Of a stretch of DNA of 33,000 bases, positions 1 to 11,400 are shown one piece after another. The DNA lies in contig CM119386.1 of the NCBI GenBank assembly GCA_051294905.1, positions 12,183,001 through 12,216,000 of the forward strand, read 5' to 3'. The number at the start of each line of letters is the position of its first letter. Positions within the stretch are counted from its first letter, which is position 1. The translations under genes and the position numbers were made by a program. Below the pieces are notes generated by a model. The model did not search any database and had not been told where the DNA came from. It was given only the letters and a program-made list of their open reading frames with translations. The stretch comes from Botryllus schlosseri (Eukaryota).

Positions 1-440
1 TGTGGTGGTAAGCAGAAAGTCTAACAAATGGCTAAACTACATTTCATGTAAAATTATAGCGGTAGAAGCAACCGAACAGTAGGTACACGAAAGATCCTTT
101 TACCAAGCATATCTGATTTTAGAAACATTTAAAAACCTGCTCATATATATGGCTGGAAGTAAGGCGTTTGTATTTGGAGAGGGTACTGAATACGTCGATA
201 CCACATTTTTTAGCCTTCCTGTGCTGGTTCACGAAAACCGATGCTACTCAGCCCCTGGTTTGTATGCCCATAAGGACCTATTCACATTGGCATAGAAGTG
301 TAAGCAAAACAATATACCAGAAACTGTCGTTTATCTAATTTGCACCCTGTGCTATATGTTGGAATTCGGTGAAGTACAGGATTTTCTTTAACATTGTACC
401 TACCAACTTCTTATAAAAGTACATGTGTACCAGAGTTGGA

Positions 441-633
441 TCAATTACATTATTTCAGTGTAATTACAATTACAATTACAATTACTTTCATGCATGTTTC
501 AATTACATTACAATTACAATTACTCCATGCTAAAAATATCAAATTACAATTCAAATTACAATTACTCCTTGCATGCTTCAATTACATTACAATTACAATT
601 ACAATTGCTGCTGTTGAACATGTAATTGAATAA
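441..633. repeat. (CAATTA)n degenerate hexamer array, left arm of the hAT element
   Basis: Runs such as caattacaattacaattac. This explains the low-complexity ORF 394..633. Confidence 0.9.
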
Positions 634-988
634 TCATAAATTCAACCGTGCTCCTTGACAACCGTAGCGTCGTAATTAACAACAATTCAAGTATTCATGT
701 TTCATTCATGATGCGCAAATACCCGTTAATTATTAAAAAGAAAAAACGTTTTCGAACTATATGCAGTATGTCGTTGAAAAAAGTATTATAATATATGCAA
801 GTGTTGGATTTGCGTATATAGTATATAATTAAAGAAATAATATCATTTTTATCGAGGGACGTAGGAATTAGGATGAGGAGTAAAAACAGAACCGTGCTTT
901 GTCAGATAAGACGTTATATAATATCCAGTGATCTGGTTAGTTAGCTAGACGAAGTAACGATGCAGCATCGTGATCTGAAATCGTATTG

Positions 989-1722
989 TAGATTGCCAAC
1001 CCACTGATAGATGCGCAAGATGTGAGTCACGGATGAATGCACCGACAAACGTACTGCAGAGCCGCCTAAAAGCAGCAAACCTTGTAGTCCTAGATCTGGC
1101 GATCCAAGCGTCTAAATTTGATGCATCTGGTCTTTATCGTACGCTATCGATGCACTAATTCCGAAAATACAAATTAAAATCTCGTCAGGGCAATGTAACT
1201 GCTCCAAAATAGCCGTTTAAGGCCGACTGTTTTGAAAAGTGAGAGCGCCGCAGCAGCATGACCACAACAATGATCAATTACGCCCAGCTCCTCCTCGCCA
1301 CTTCATCCGCGTCAGCGGTGTCTTACAAAAAGCCTAGAGGTGGGCCGTGCTATAAGTCGGCAGTTACGGAAAATAACAAGAATATCGGCCTGGTGTAAAT
1401 GACCATAGTAGTCGAAAAACACCATGAATACCCCAAAAACAAACAAACAAACAAATTACGCCCAGCGATTGTTCAGAACAATGCCGATTCCCAGACTTTC
1501 ACGACTATTTTGGGATGGTACCATTGCCTGGAAATATACTTTTATTGCGGAATCAGTGCGACACTAGCTTCCGATTAGGACCATACATATCAAATTTCGA
1601 CGCTTGGATCGCCAGCTATGGGACTATCAATTCTGCTGCTTTTAGCCGGCTCAGCAGTTCGCTTCTCGGCGTATTCAATCGTGAGTCGCGTGTTGAGAAT
1701 CCATCCGTTGGTTAGTAAGCTA
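989..1722. repeat. Diverged inverted duplication: 989-1162 versus reverse complement of 1549-1722
   Basis: Gapless 174-nt hand alignment with 43 mismatches (about 75% identity). Includes the exact 17-mer CTGGCGATCCAAGCGTC at 1096-1112 and, inverted, at 1599-1615. Confidence 0.85.
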
Positions 1723-1904
1723 ATAATTGTATACAATGGCAGCCGAGGCCAGCATAGCGGTAAAAATAAAAAAAACTTCGCCCGCAAGGGCGCAGTCAAG
1801 GACTTCCGCAAATGGATCCATCAAATTCCTTGTCGACATTTAAAGAGAATGCATTATAAGTCAATTATTTTATGTTGTGCTTGTCAGGTCTCAATAGCAA
1901 TTTA

Positions 1905-2044
1905 ATGTAATTGAAATTGTAATTGAGCAAAATTTTTGGCAAATTACAATTACAATTACAATTACACAAAATAAAAATGCTTCAATTACAATTACATTGA
2001 AAAATGTAATTAAGTACATTCAATTACAATTACAAATTACAATT
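1905..2044. repeat. (CAATTA)n / (TAATTG)n array, right arm of the hAT element
   Basis: aatgtaattgaaattgtaattg followed by caattacaattacaattac runs. Confidence 0.9.
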
Positions 2045-2338
2045 GATCCAACTCTGATGTGTACACGTGTACCATTTAAATATTACATTGAACGCTCTCT
2101 TATTTTAGACCTCATTTCATGCTGGTGATGTCATATTTCGAGATATACGACTGTTGACATACAATGTTCCTTCCAATTCTCTACTATAGTTGCTGACGAA
2201 TACCCTTGACGAGCGTCAGCCGGAAATATTGGGGTTCATTTCAATATGAATAAGCTATTCAATTGTATATCAAAGTACATCTCTAAATTTCAGCTTAAAA
2301 CTGTGGACAAAATACTAAAATAAATTCAAATTTCTCAC

Positions 2339-2427
2339 TTTAGATACGTGCTGATGTTGAATTCGGCGTTACTGAGGAATAGAGTGTTTTTCAAACTGTC
2401 GGTTAGGACGCTTATTTCGAAGAAACA
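2339..2427 (-). CDS. Integrin alpha exon 20
   Basis: cttctttcttttttag acceptor; CFFEISVLTDSLKNTLFLSNAEFNISTYL; donor AA|GTGAGA, phase 2. Confidence 0.72.
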
Positions 2428-5400
2428 CTAAAAAAGAAAGAAGAGCCAATATAGTTTAATTTCATTCCACGACAATATTAACGTATTCAAGTAATAATGT
2501 GACGTCGACCAAACTTTGTCTAGATGAAACACTTGTTGCATCGTTTTACACGTTGGTAAATTGTGATGTTAAAATGACATAAGATCATTTCATCTCTGAA
2601 ATATTTTCATCGCATTTTCGTTGATAATACTCGCTTGCCCAGAATAACATAATATTCGTAAACTGCCTTTGCAAAAATCCAGTCTCTAATAATGGTCCTT
2701 ACCCAAGAATTAGGATGCATCAGTACTTGCTGATAACGTAGAATCTGTTGAACCATGTTATTGCTCTCTTGCGATGTGGCTTCAAGCGGGGAAATACAAG
2801 ATTCCGATTGTGGAAACGCAGATATAGTTTTGACCTAAGAAAGTAAACAAACAAGCATAGTACATATCGTAGTACGCAATGTTGGCCCAAGTGCAGGTGA
2901 TGGTGACAGGTTTAGTGCGACTTGACCGACCTGGTTTATGGATATCCCTTTGGAATAGCTGACGCTTATGGCAGGGTCAAAGGCATATTCGCCGTAATTC
3001 GTCCAATTCACTCGAATCTGTAGGGCAGATGACGCCGTGGACTGTGCCACTACTAATACAGTTCCGTTCTCAGATATGTCACGGACTGCTGCTCCACTGT
3101 AATTACAAAAGATCGAACCGATAAAAAAACTGATAACTGCAGATGGACAGTGGTTCGCAGCATATCAAAGTTCTCACATGCCTGTTTCCCGAGATGCGAC
3201 AATACAGTGGATATTAATCGGGTATTAAAGATATAATAGCAAGTAGGCTGACCAACAGCATGCAATTAAATCTTGACTGCACACAATAACAAAAAACGTG
3301 TATTTCACTCATACTCAACCATTCGTATGGGCGTGAAAGCAAAATTCGGTACCAGGAAGTTTCGATAGTTTGATGTGCACCCTACGATGGTGTATATGGT
3401 AAATGCGCCTGTTTTCTACCACGTATATTACAGTACACGTTGTTACAATAAACACGGTATAGGGAGGTCTTACTTTTGTATTTGGAATGTCGGAGATGGA
3501 AGCATATACGCAGCTAAATTCAAGTCGGAGTTGCAGATCATCTCCTCGCAACCGGTGCTGACTTTTATTTCAGCGGAGTAAGTGGTAGGCAGATTTCTGG
3601 TGCAAACATAACTGTATTACGTGGTGGCCGCGATGGATAAATTCTCGGCCAATGCTTTCGTACAAAATGCTGGTGACATTCGTATTCAAGCATGGCATTC
3701 AAGCGCCCAAAGTGACGGTCGTATATTAGACACTACGTTACGTATATACAGTGTCGGAATTACAAAATCGATTGCAACGAACTCTATAGTTAGAAGAAGC
3801 CGTTCCGTATACACGCCGTGAATAAATGAGTGTATACCATCAATCAAAACTTTAGATTTGATTTGTGTCAAATCTATAAATAGTATTCCACACTCAACTG
3901 AATTGACATTTGTTGGTACGATTCGCTCAGAGGAATAGTTGAATATGCTTTACTTTTGAAACCGAATCATAGGCATTGCGGTAAAATATATTTGCACAAT
4001 GTACATGTACAGTAAACACAGTTGTACACGCCATTATTGCGCTAATTGTTCATGATGATAGAATTTTCCATGACCAGATAAGTCGTAAAAACATTCCCCG
4101 GTATTGACAGACAGAAGATTGCATATCAATGGGGCAAACCACAAATCATTATAATGGGCCCCGCTGGAGTCTGACGGCATTGTTCCCAGTCGCATCGAAC
4201 CAGGAAAAGCATATTCTATAGTTGCGATATCTACATTTCCTAGTATGATCAAAGTCATACTGAAGACTTTAATCAAAGTGTTCTAGCCGGTTAAAAATTG
4301 ATTTCACCATTCACCTGTTCAACACAGAAGAGAAAAGAACGTCGAGGTGTTCTTGCTGTAGTTCAAAAGTTATTTCCGCTTTGATCGGTGCATGAACGTA
4401 ATCGGAGTTTGACATTTCCATCTTAAATAAAAAAGGAGGTGTATGCATTGAATGAATCTGACTTCACTGACACTGCAAGTTACAAATCAATCAAGCATGA
4501 ATGTGCAATGCCTCCTAATTACCTTCAAATTCACGCTCTGCTGATAACAGGAATACAGTCGTGTTAATGAAACATCTTCAGAAAATGTTGAGTCCGAATC
4601 GGAAAATAAAACTCGCTTTCTTTTGAGTGAATTACCGGTATCAATTTGCAATACGTATCGAATCCCTAAATCATAACAGCGCCAAAATAATCTGTGTTTG
4701 AGATATGAAATGACCGGTTACGGTAATCAATTCTCCACGGAGCCCAATAATGTTAGCAATCAGTCAACTGCAACAAATTTCGATATGACTTTCGAGATGC
4801 GAACCTGTCCCGTTCGCTGAAGTAGAACCACTGACGTTGAAACAATAGTGCAAGGTCGTGCAATTGATTCCTTCGTTTTTCAAGCAAATAGGAAATGACA
4901 TAGTTTCATCGGAAAATTTTATCTCCACCGCAACATCAACTATCGGTCTTGTCCTGTTAATGTAGATAGTTTGATTGCCTGTAGCGGTATGCACTGGCTG
5001 CGGGTGTTACCTTAACATCGTCAGATGTTCGCTTTTTGGAGATGCAACGATTACATCCGGGAATCCGTTATCGTCGATATCTACATTGCCCTGTAGGTAC
5101 TGGCCAAAGTATTGAAGCTCAGGTGCGGTAATATGCGAAGGTTGGATTTTCTGGTAAAGGGATTCATGGAAATACCCGATAGTACGCGGTAGGGTTGTGT
5201 TTAAAACAAAAACCAATTCAAAACAAGGCCCTTGTTTAAAACATGTTTTTTACAATAATTTTTTAACATTATTTTCAAGTCATGACGTCACGCACATTCA
5301 ACTGTGACGTCATAGTGGATTGATATTCACTATTGAAAATATAGGGGAAATAGGCATATAGCTCCTATGACGAAATAGACACTATAGAGTGTAATGCGTT

Positions 5401-8400
5401 GGGGGCATTAGCAAGAGCTGCGTATTAAAGGGGCACTGCACTCTAAAAATGATGTGGTCTCAAATTGAAGGGCAAAACGAAAGAAAAATTTTGGCCACAG
5501 CCGTTTTCTTCAGAACGCCACCGTAATGGAGCTGTAATGTATTGAAATTTCCAGAGTTGCAGCACGCAGAGATCGAACTTTATATAGTTGTCAGCCGATG
5601 TTATGAAGGAAATATGTCGTACACGCCAAGGTGGTTTGGATACCGCGTTCAACGGAAGATGTCCACTTGTCCAGTCAGGAGATTTATGTCAAAATCGGGC
5701 CTAGTGTATTCTATTCCCTTCATAACATCGGCTGACAACTATATAAAGTTCGACCTCTGCGTGACTGCCGGAGCGTGCTGCAACTCTGGAAATTTCAATT
5801 TATTACAGCTCCATTACGGTGGCGTTCTGAAGAAAACGGATGCGGCCAAAATTTTTCTTTCGTTTTGCCCTTCAATTTGAGACCACATCATTTTTAGAGT
5901 GCAGTGCCCCTTTAACGGCTGGAGCGGTCAAAATAGAATGTACAGTGCATCGTCGAAAAAGTGATCTTTTAGGTCAGGAGTATGAATCAATGCCTTATAA
6001 ACCCACTAGTGGTCACGTCTGATTAGGTGATAAAACTTCGAATTTTCACATAATATTACAAATTTAGTCATTCTGAGGCCTACCTGATCAGACACATCTA
6101 TGTCCGCAATTTCCCTATTTACCTGACTGAACGTTGATTCTAATCCATTACTCGTGCCGCGAAAGATGTAGACCGCCCCTGCTCCGTCGTGGGCAAGTGG
6201 TGCTCCAATAACAACGTCATTAAATCCATCCCTGTCCAAGTCGCCGGCATATGCCATCGCGGTGCCGAACCGCGCTCCGATATCATCGCCACGCAATACC
6301 TGAGGCACGTATGATCGGTTGGCCTGCAATTTGCCACACATTAGCGCGGGGGTTGAAAAGATAATTTCCCATCAACCTACAATAGAGTTCTTGAACTGGG
6401 TCTGTAAACCAGTTTTAGGGCAGACTTGGGCAATCTGCGGCCCGCGAAAAGTTGCAAGGAATTCAAAACATAAAACCAATTTTAGAATGTTGCAGCGTGG
6501 ACTAAATCCATAGGCCGAATAAAGCAGAGTTGTAACCAAGTCACAAGGCTACGAGTCACAAGTAAATCTCACTTTTATAGTTTTGACTCGAGTCAAGTCG
6601 AGTCATTTTGAACTCACCACCGAGTCAAGTCCGAGTCCAAGTCAACAAGCAGAGGGTCGAGTCCGAGTCATGGTGTTACGACTCGAGTCCGAATCCAAAT
6701 CATTGTGCTGACTGCTCAGTTTCCAGTTAAAGTCTTGAATACCCACTTTTTATAGCTCTGTTAGGTGATATCGAATGGTTCGCATTTATAATATACTAAT
6801 TTTCATCACTTTTAGCAGTTTCTAGTCGCATTTTCAAGTATCAGTACCAATAGACGAAATCCCAATAGTGTTGTTACTTTAATATTCCTCGAAATTACAA
6901 TGAAATGTCGGTCTTGGCCGTCTGAGTCTCGGGTCATATGACTTGGTTCGAGTCATGCGCAATGACTCGAGTCCAAGTCGAGTCAATACACAAATTGACT
7001 CGAGTCGGGTCGAGTCATTTCCGTATTTTGTGAAAATGACTCGAGTCAAGACGAGTCATCAGAAAATCGTGACTCGAGTCGGACTCGAGTCGAGTCATGA
7101 CTCGAGTCATTACAACCCTGGAACAAAGTAAACCGGAAATTCGTTTAATTTGAAGCCTGTTCATTAGTATGCCCCCATTGCGCAGCCTACGTAACTTGCA
7201 TGCGTACTCCTGATTCAAAACAAAGTCAAGGTAGCAAAGTATGCCGTAAAAATTAAGGTTACAAGCAGTCACTTTTTCCGTATAGTGTAGTTCAATCGTT
7301 CTTTGTTGCCATTGTCACATTACGAATTACACGGACTGTGCTTCAAATTGTGGCGTGATACGTTTCCAATAGGGACGGTGTGAACCTCTGAAAGGTTCAG
7401 GTTCGCGTGAACGCGAACCTTTTTGAAAGATTCTGTGTGAACGCGAACGTGAACCTCATGACGTCACGTGACGTCATATTGTTAATTCCAACCCTACATT
7501 TCAGTGAATTGAAAGCCTATATTAATGTGCAGTAGTACACGATACCTAGCGACGACTCGGGCACCTTAATGCCGCAATGCTGAAGTACGTATTGGCGTGT
7601 TAAACGTCGCCAAATGCATCAACTGGGGCAATCAAATGACATAATAATCCCATAAAATCAATATCTTCCGTTGCTTCGCCAACTATTTCGATGACGACTT
7701 GCAAGGGTGTCTATACTTGCTACCGATATTAACCCATCAACAATAAGTTATACAGCAACAAGCCAACACCCCAATCGCACGGATTTGGTTTTTATGACAC
7801 AATAAACATATGAAATCAAGATTGACACCGTACGCCTGCTTGATTTTTTTTTACATCAGACAACGATATCAATTCCATTGATTGGTTGAATAAGCATCAT
7901 TAGCTGACTACGTATATGTAGTGTATTTCGCCCGTGATGTTGTTTGATGATGATTGTGGGTCAAGCTCACAACTTAGAGTCATTAATATTCTCAAACGGA
8001 AAGGTGGATATTTCGAGCAAACTTTTTAAACAAATCAAGTGAATCTTTTAGATTGTCAAGGTGCATGCTCGTTTAATGTTGATTTTTTTATGCTGGCAGC
8101 GCTATGCATAGAGTGGCCCGCAGTTGAAATACAACAAATTTCCACCAAAGGTGTTATAATGAAGTGAAAATTGTAATAAATGAAAAAGGTTCACAGTGCA
8201 GAACCTACCAAGGTTCGTTTGTGAACGTGAACCTCTAAATTACTGAGGTTCACACACAGGACGCGAACGTGAACCTCACGTTCACACCATCCCTAGTTTC
8301 CAAGTCCCTAATTTGTAAAACAAGTCAATCAGTGCTTGTGATTACTATGAGTCATCATCACCCATTAAGGGTGAACAGGCCATGTAAAAAAAGAAACCCG

Positions 8401-11400
8401 AAAGCTGAAATGCAAAGAAGGTTTGGAGCATTAAATATTTGTTAACTGGAGTTTACTGTTCACTTCAGTTGGTGCCCAGCTGGTCGCCGTGTCTAAAAGA
8501 AGTATAATGTGAATTGGTCTCAGGGATATATAGAACCAAGCTGCACACTTCTCGGAAGGCAGCGACCACTAGAATGTGCTTCGTAGTATTCCAGGACAGT
8601 TTGATGTCTTTATAGACAAACCTGGGCAGGGCAGTTTCGAATTATGACGGCAAGTAAAAATAATTTTTTTGTTGATTTATCGTCACTTTCTCATTACCTT
8701 ATATCAACACAGCCACTGAGCAGCATTTAGTAACAATGTAATTCACTGCTTTCAAGTTACAAATAAAATCATTACGCCAAAGAATATAGTTGAATTAGTT
8801 ACCAAATTGTAGGCATGAAATAGCCTAGATATAGTTGAGTTTGATGTGATTACCTTCCAGTCACCGGCCTGGGAAATATAAGGGGTACGCGCAAATCCAC
8901 ACAACACTAGAAAGGTTATCGATAAAAAAATTAAGAACCCCTGGTATACAACTATGTGGGCTATTTTTTCGTATATGCAGCAGCGTTTTGCACTTTGTTT
9001 GGAGCTAGCTCGCATATTCTGGATTCAAACATCCAATATTAAACTGGTTATAGGAGGGGAACTCCAGTATCCAGTTCCAGAAACAGGTTGGTATCGTTTT
9101 GCGGTCAGTTTGGGAGTTTTCCACGCATGTTACAGTGCAAATACATAGGTTTATACAGCCGGGCTGCGTTACAGTTCACTTCATCTTACACTTATTGCTC
9201 ATAAAGATCGGGATGGATGCACAATTGCACATAACACGCTCGCATTTGTACACCAATATCAGCTGAGCCATACAAATATTTTTCAGTCGGAGTTTATATC
9301 ATTCCTTGGCTAAATACCACCTGGTGATAAGCGTCGCTGCCGCTGTGCCACCACTTCCATCGGCTATGCTATGTGTTAAGTCATAATAGCACAACGATCG
9401 ATCTCAGTTGAATCTGCGGTGAATCGCGGTAACTATGGTCGACTACATAAAAATTATCGCTATCACCTGCCACGAATAGATCGAACGCTTCGTGCGAAGC
9501 AACTATCAATAATGAAGGATTCTGACGGTTAGATAACAAGGTTTGATAGGACTAACTCACAGGCTAGAAATATGTTCCTGTTTAGACGGAACATTGCGTC
9601 TCTTTTAACGCATTTTCGCCATCTCGATTTATTCTTCAGTAGGTGTGCAAGACGACGAAATGTTGACCATTGCTTACTCTAGTCTAGTCAGAAGTGGCTA
9701 AATGTTGCGATCTTGTGTGTCTCGCTTGGTGGTCGCAACATGGTAAGTATATTACTTCATAAAGTTGCAAATGTCTAAACACCATGGACACACAGCATTG
9801 CTAGGTGAAAAATATTAACACAACCAAATATACTCATTACTACTTACCCATGCTTCTACCGAATTACCATCTTCACTCATGTATACGAACACTCGACCTG
9901 AATCAATATCATCGCCACTGTACAAAGGAGCGCTTATTAACATATCATCATTCTTGTCTCCGTTTATATCCACCGTCAAAACAGATCCCCCAAAATATGT
10001 TGCTACTTGATCGTAATTTGGAAAAATTGTCTTATCGCACACTGGAGATTCCCCACTACGTGTTTGACAGAGCAATACCTGGATATGAGTCGAATAAAAT
10101 GTCCATACGTTATCACCTTACAATAAACCTATCAGAATGCTCATACCGCGCCAGTAAATAGATGTCTTGGTGCTCCTGCTATGACATATTCAATTCCGTC
10201 AAAATTCCCAGTGACAAGAGAGAAACCTTTGAACAGACGTTGCATATTATGTGCCAAAGTGAGTTAAGTATTTTCACAACCCCGAAAAGCCCTTAATCCG
10301 TAAGATATACTATATATATGCCTGTATGTGTAACGATTAAGCGAGAGGCAAAACAGCTGGGATCAGTCGCCGGTCGTCATAGAGATAGACGTGAGCTATT
10401 TCAACGCAATTAGTGTACGTCGAAGTGTGAGGCTTATCGATTTTTGCTGTATCCTAATTTATCTCTCTTGCTGTTATCTTGAGTCCAAAGAGCAATTTTC
10501 TTAAACCCACTGTTGTTTTACGTTGACTGGCGTTGGTGGTCTTTCGTTGAATGTTCAGCGCATCCACTTATCTTTTCAAGCTTGGTAAGATTGCAAATCG
10601 ATCAATATTGACCAGATAGAACAAATCGCACCCGTTCTATTTCTCACCGAAATTTACCAAGGTAGTAGTTAGAAGGCTGCTTATTGTATCTGCGGTGATC
10701 GCCAATGTACGATTCCACATCTTTCGGATTAAATTTCTAACGAGGTCAGGTGAGTGCATTTTGCTCAATCCTGACGAATTCGCGTATTCCGGTGTATGTA
10801 TAAATTGTATATAATTCATCTGCACTCGTTTAATTCTCAAATGCAGGAAACATCCATCCATCAAACTACACATATACAACTGTCTTGTCATATCTGAGTC
10901 GGAAAAAGACATTATCAATCTGCTCAGTGCTTACCAGCGAGAGAGTCAGCGGTGCCATTTCGCAAAGCTGCGTTTATCTGAGGAAATTCCTCCTGGGCTA
11001 GGGTTGCGCCACTTTTCAAATCAACACTCATAATATTTCCAGACTGTAGAAACATTCCTGGTCCACCGACAAATAATTGATCCTGTGACATCGGAAATCG
11101 GCATCATAGAATGTATTTCATAGGCAACATGTAACCTCTTGTGGCGTCGGAAATGTCAACATTCGCGTTCGGCATTTCGATTTCATGCGATATGTAACCT
11201 ATACCAACCTTGCCAAAAGCGATTGATATCCCGAGTTGAGGGTTGGCAATGTCAGCATTTGGATCAGAGGAGCCAGCGCCGGCGGAAGTTCCTGCAATAT
11301 CATTTCGACATCAATAACGTTCGTCGATAAATTTCTGATGAGATGTTAAGAAGCAAACGGCCTTTTAGATGATATATAGTTTCGTATGGACAGATGCTGG

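Larger units (their letters stand above)
431..2056. mobile_element. Non-autonomous hAT-type DNA element, 1626 bp, with CAATTA subterminal arrays
   Basis: 16-bp perfect TIR CAGAGTTGGATCAATT (431-446; reverse complement at 2041-2056); exact 8-bp TSD ATGTGTAC at 423-430 and 2057-2064; no transposase ORF. Confidence 0.92.

Noticed and set aside
394-633. ORF with ITITIT/QLQL repeats
   Set aside because: It is a translation of the CAATTA array in a transposon arm.
989-1722. Protein-coding origin of the inverted duplication (GISA..TLGSP..LLLL.GSAVR)
   Set aside because: Mismatches by triplet position are 14/13/16, so there is no third-position bias. Each copy also has a stop in that frame.
1-2338. 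Next integrin exon (calf-2, TM, GFFKR)
   Set aside because: Candidate acceptors near 2300, 2190 and 30 give very short introns, early stops or no motif, so no exon is called.
4034-4276. ORF containing ICNLLSVNTGECFYDL as the integrin genu exon
   Set aside because: The exon at 3474-3596 gives a better motif (GCEEMICNSDL) with clean splice sites and correct phase. This ORF lacks a good donor.
4610-4630. KRKR as a furin cleavage site
   Set aside because: It lies in the thigh domain at the conserved R-V-L-F position, not in calf-2 where alpha chains are cleaved.
5443-5880. ORFs in 5443-5880 and 13470-13890, including near-identical peptides
   Set aside because: They are mostly translations of the palindromic MITE arms (ORF 13609-13890 runs on antisense to exon 4) and show no protein motifs.
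9330-9560. Possible further relatives of the hAT cargo here and at ~18860-18950
   Set aside because: Only short by-eye matches (17 of 25; 11 of 12), within chance expectation. An alignment score is needed.
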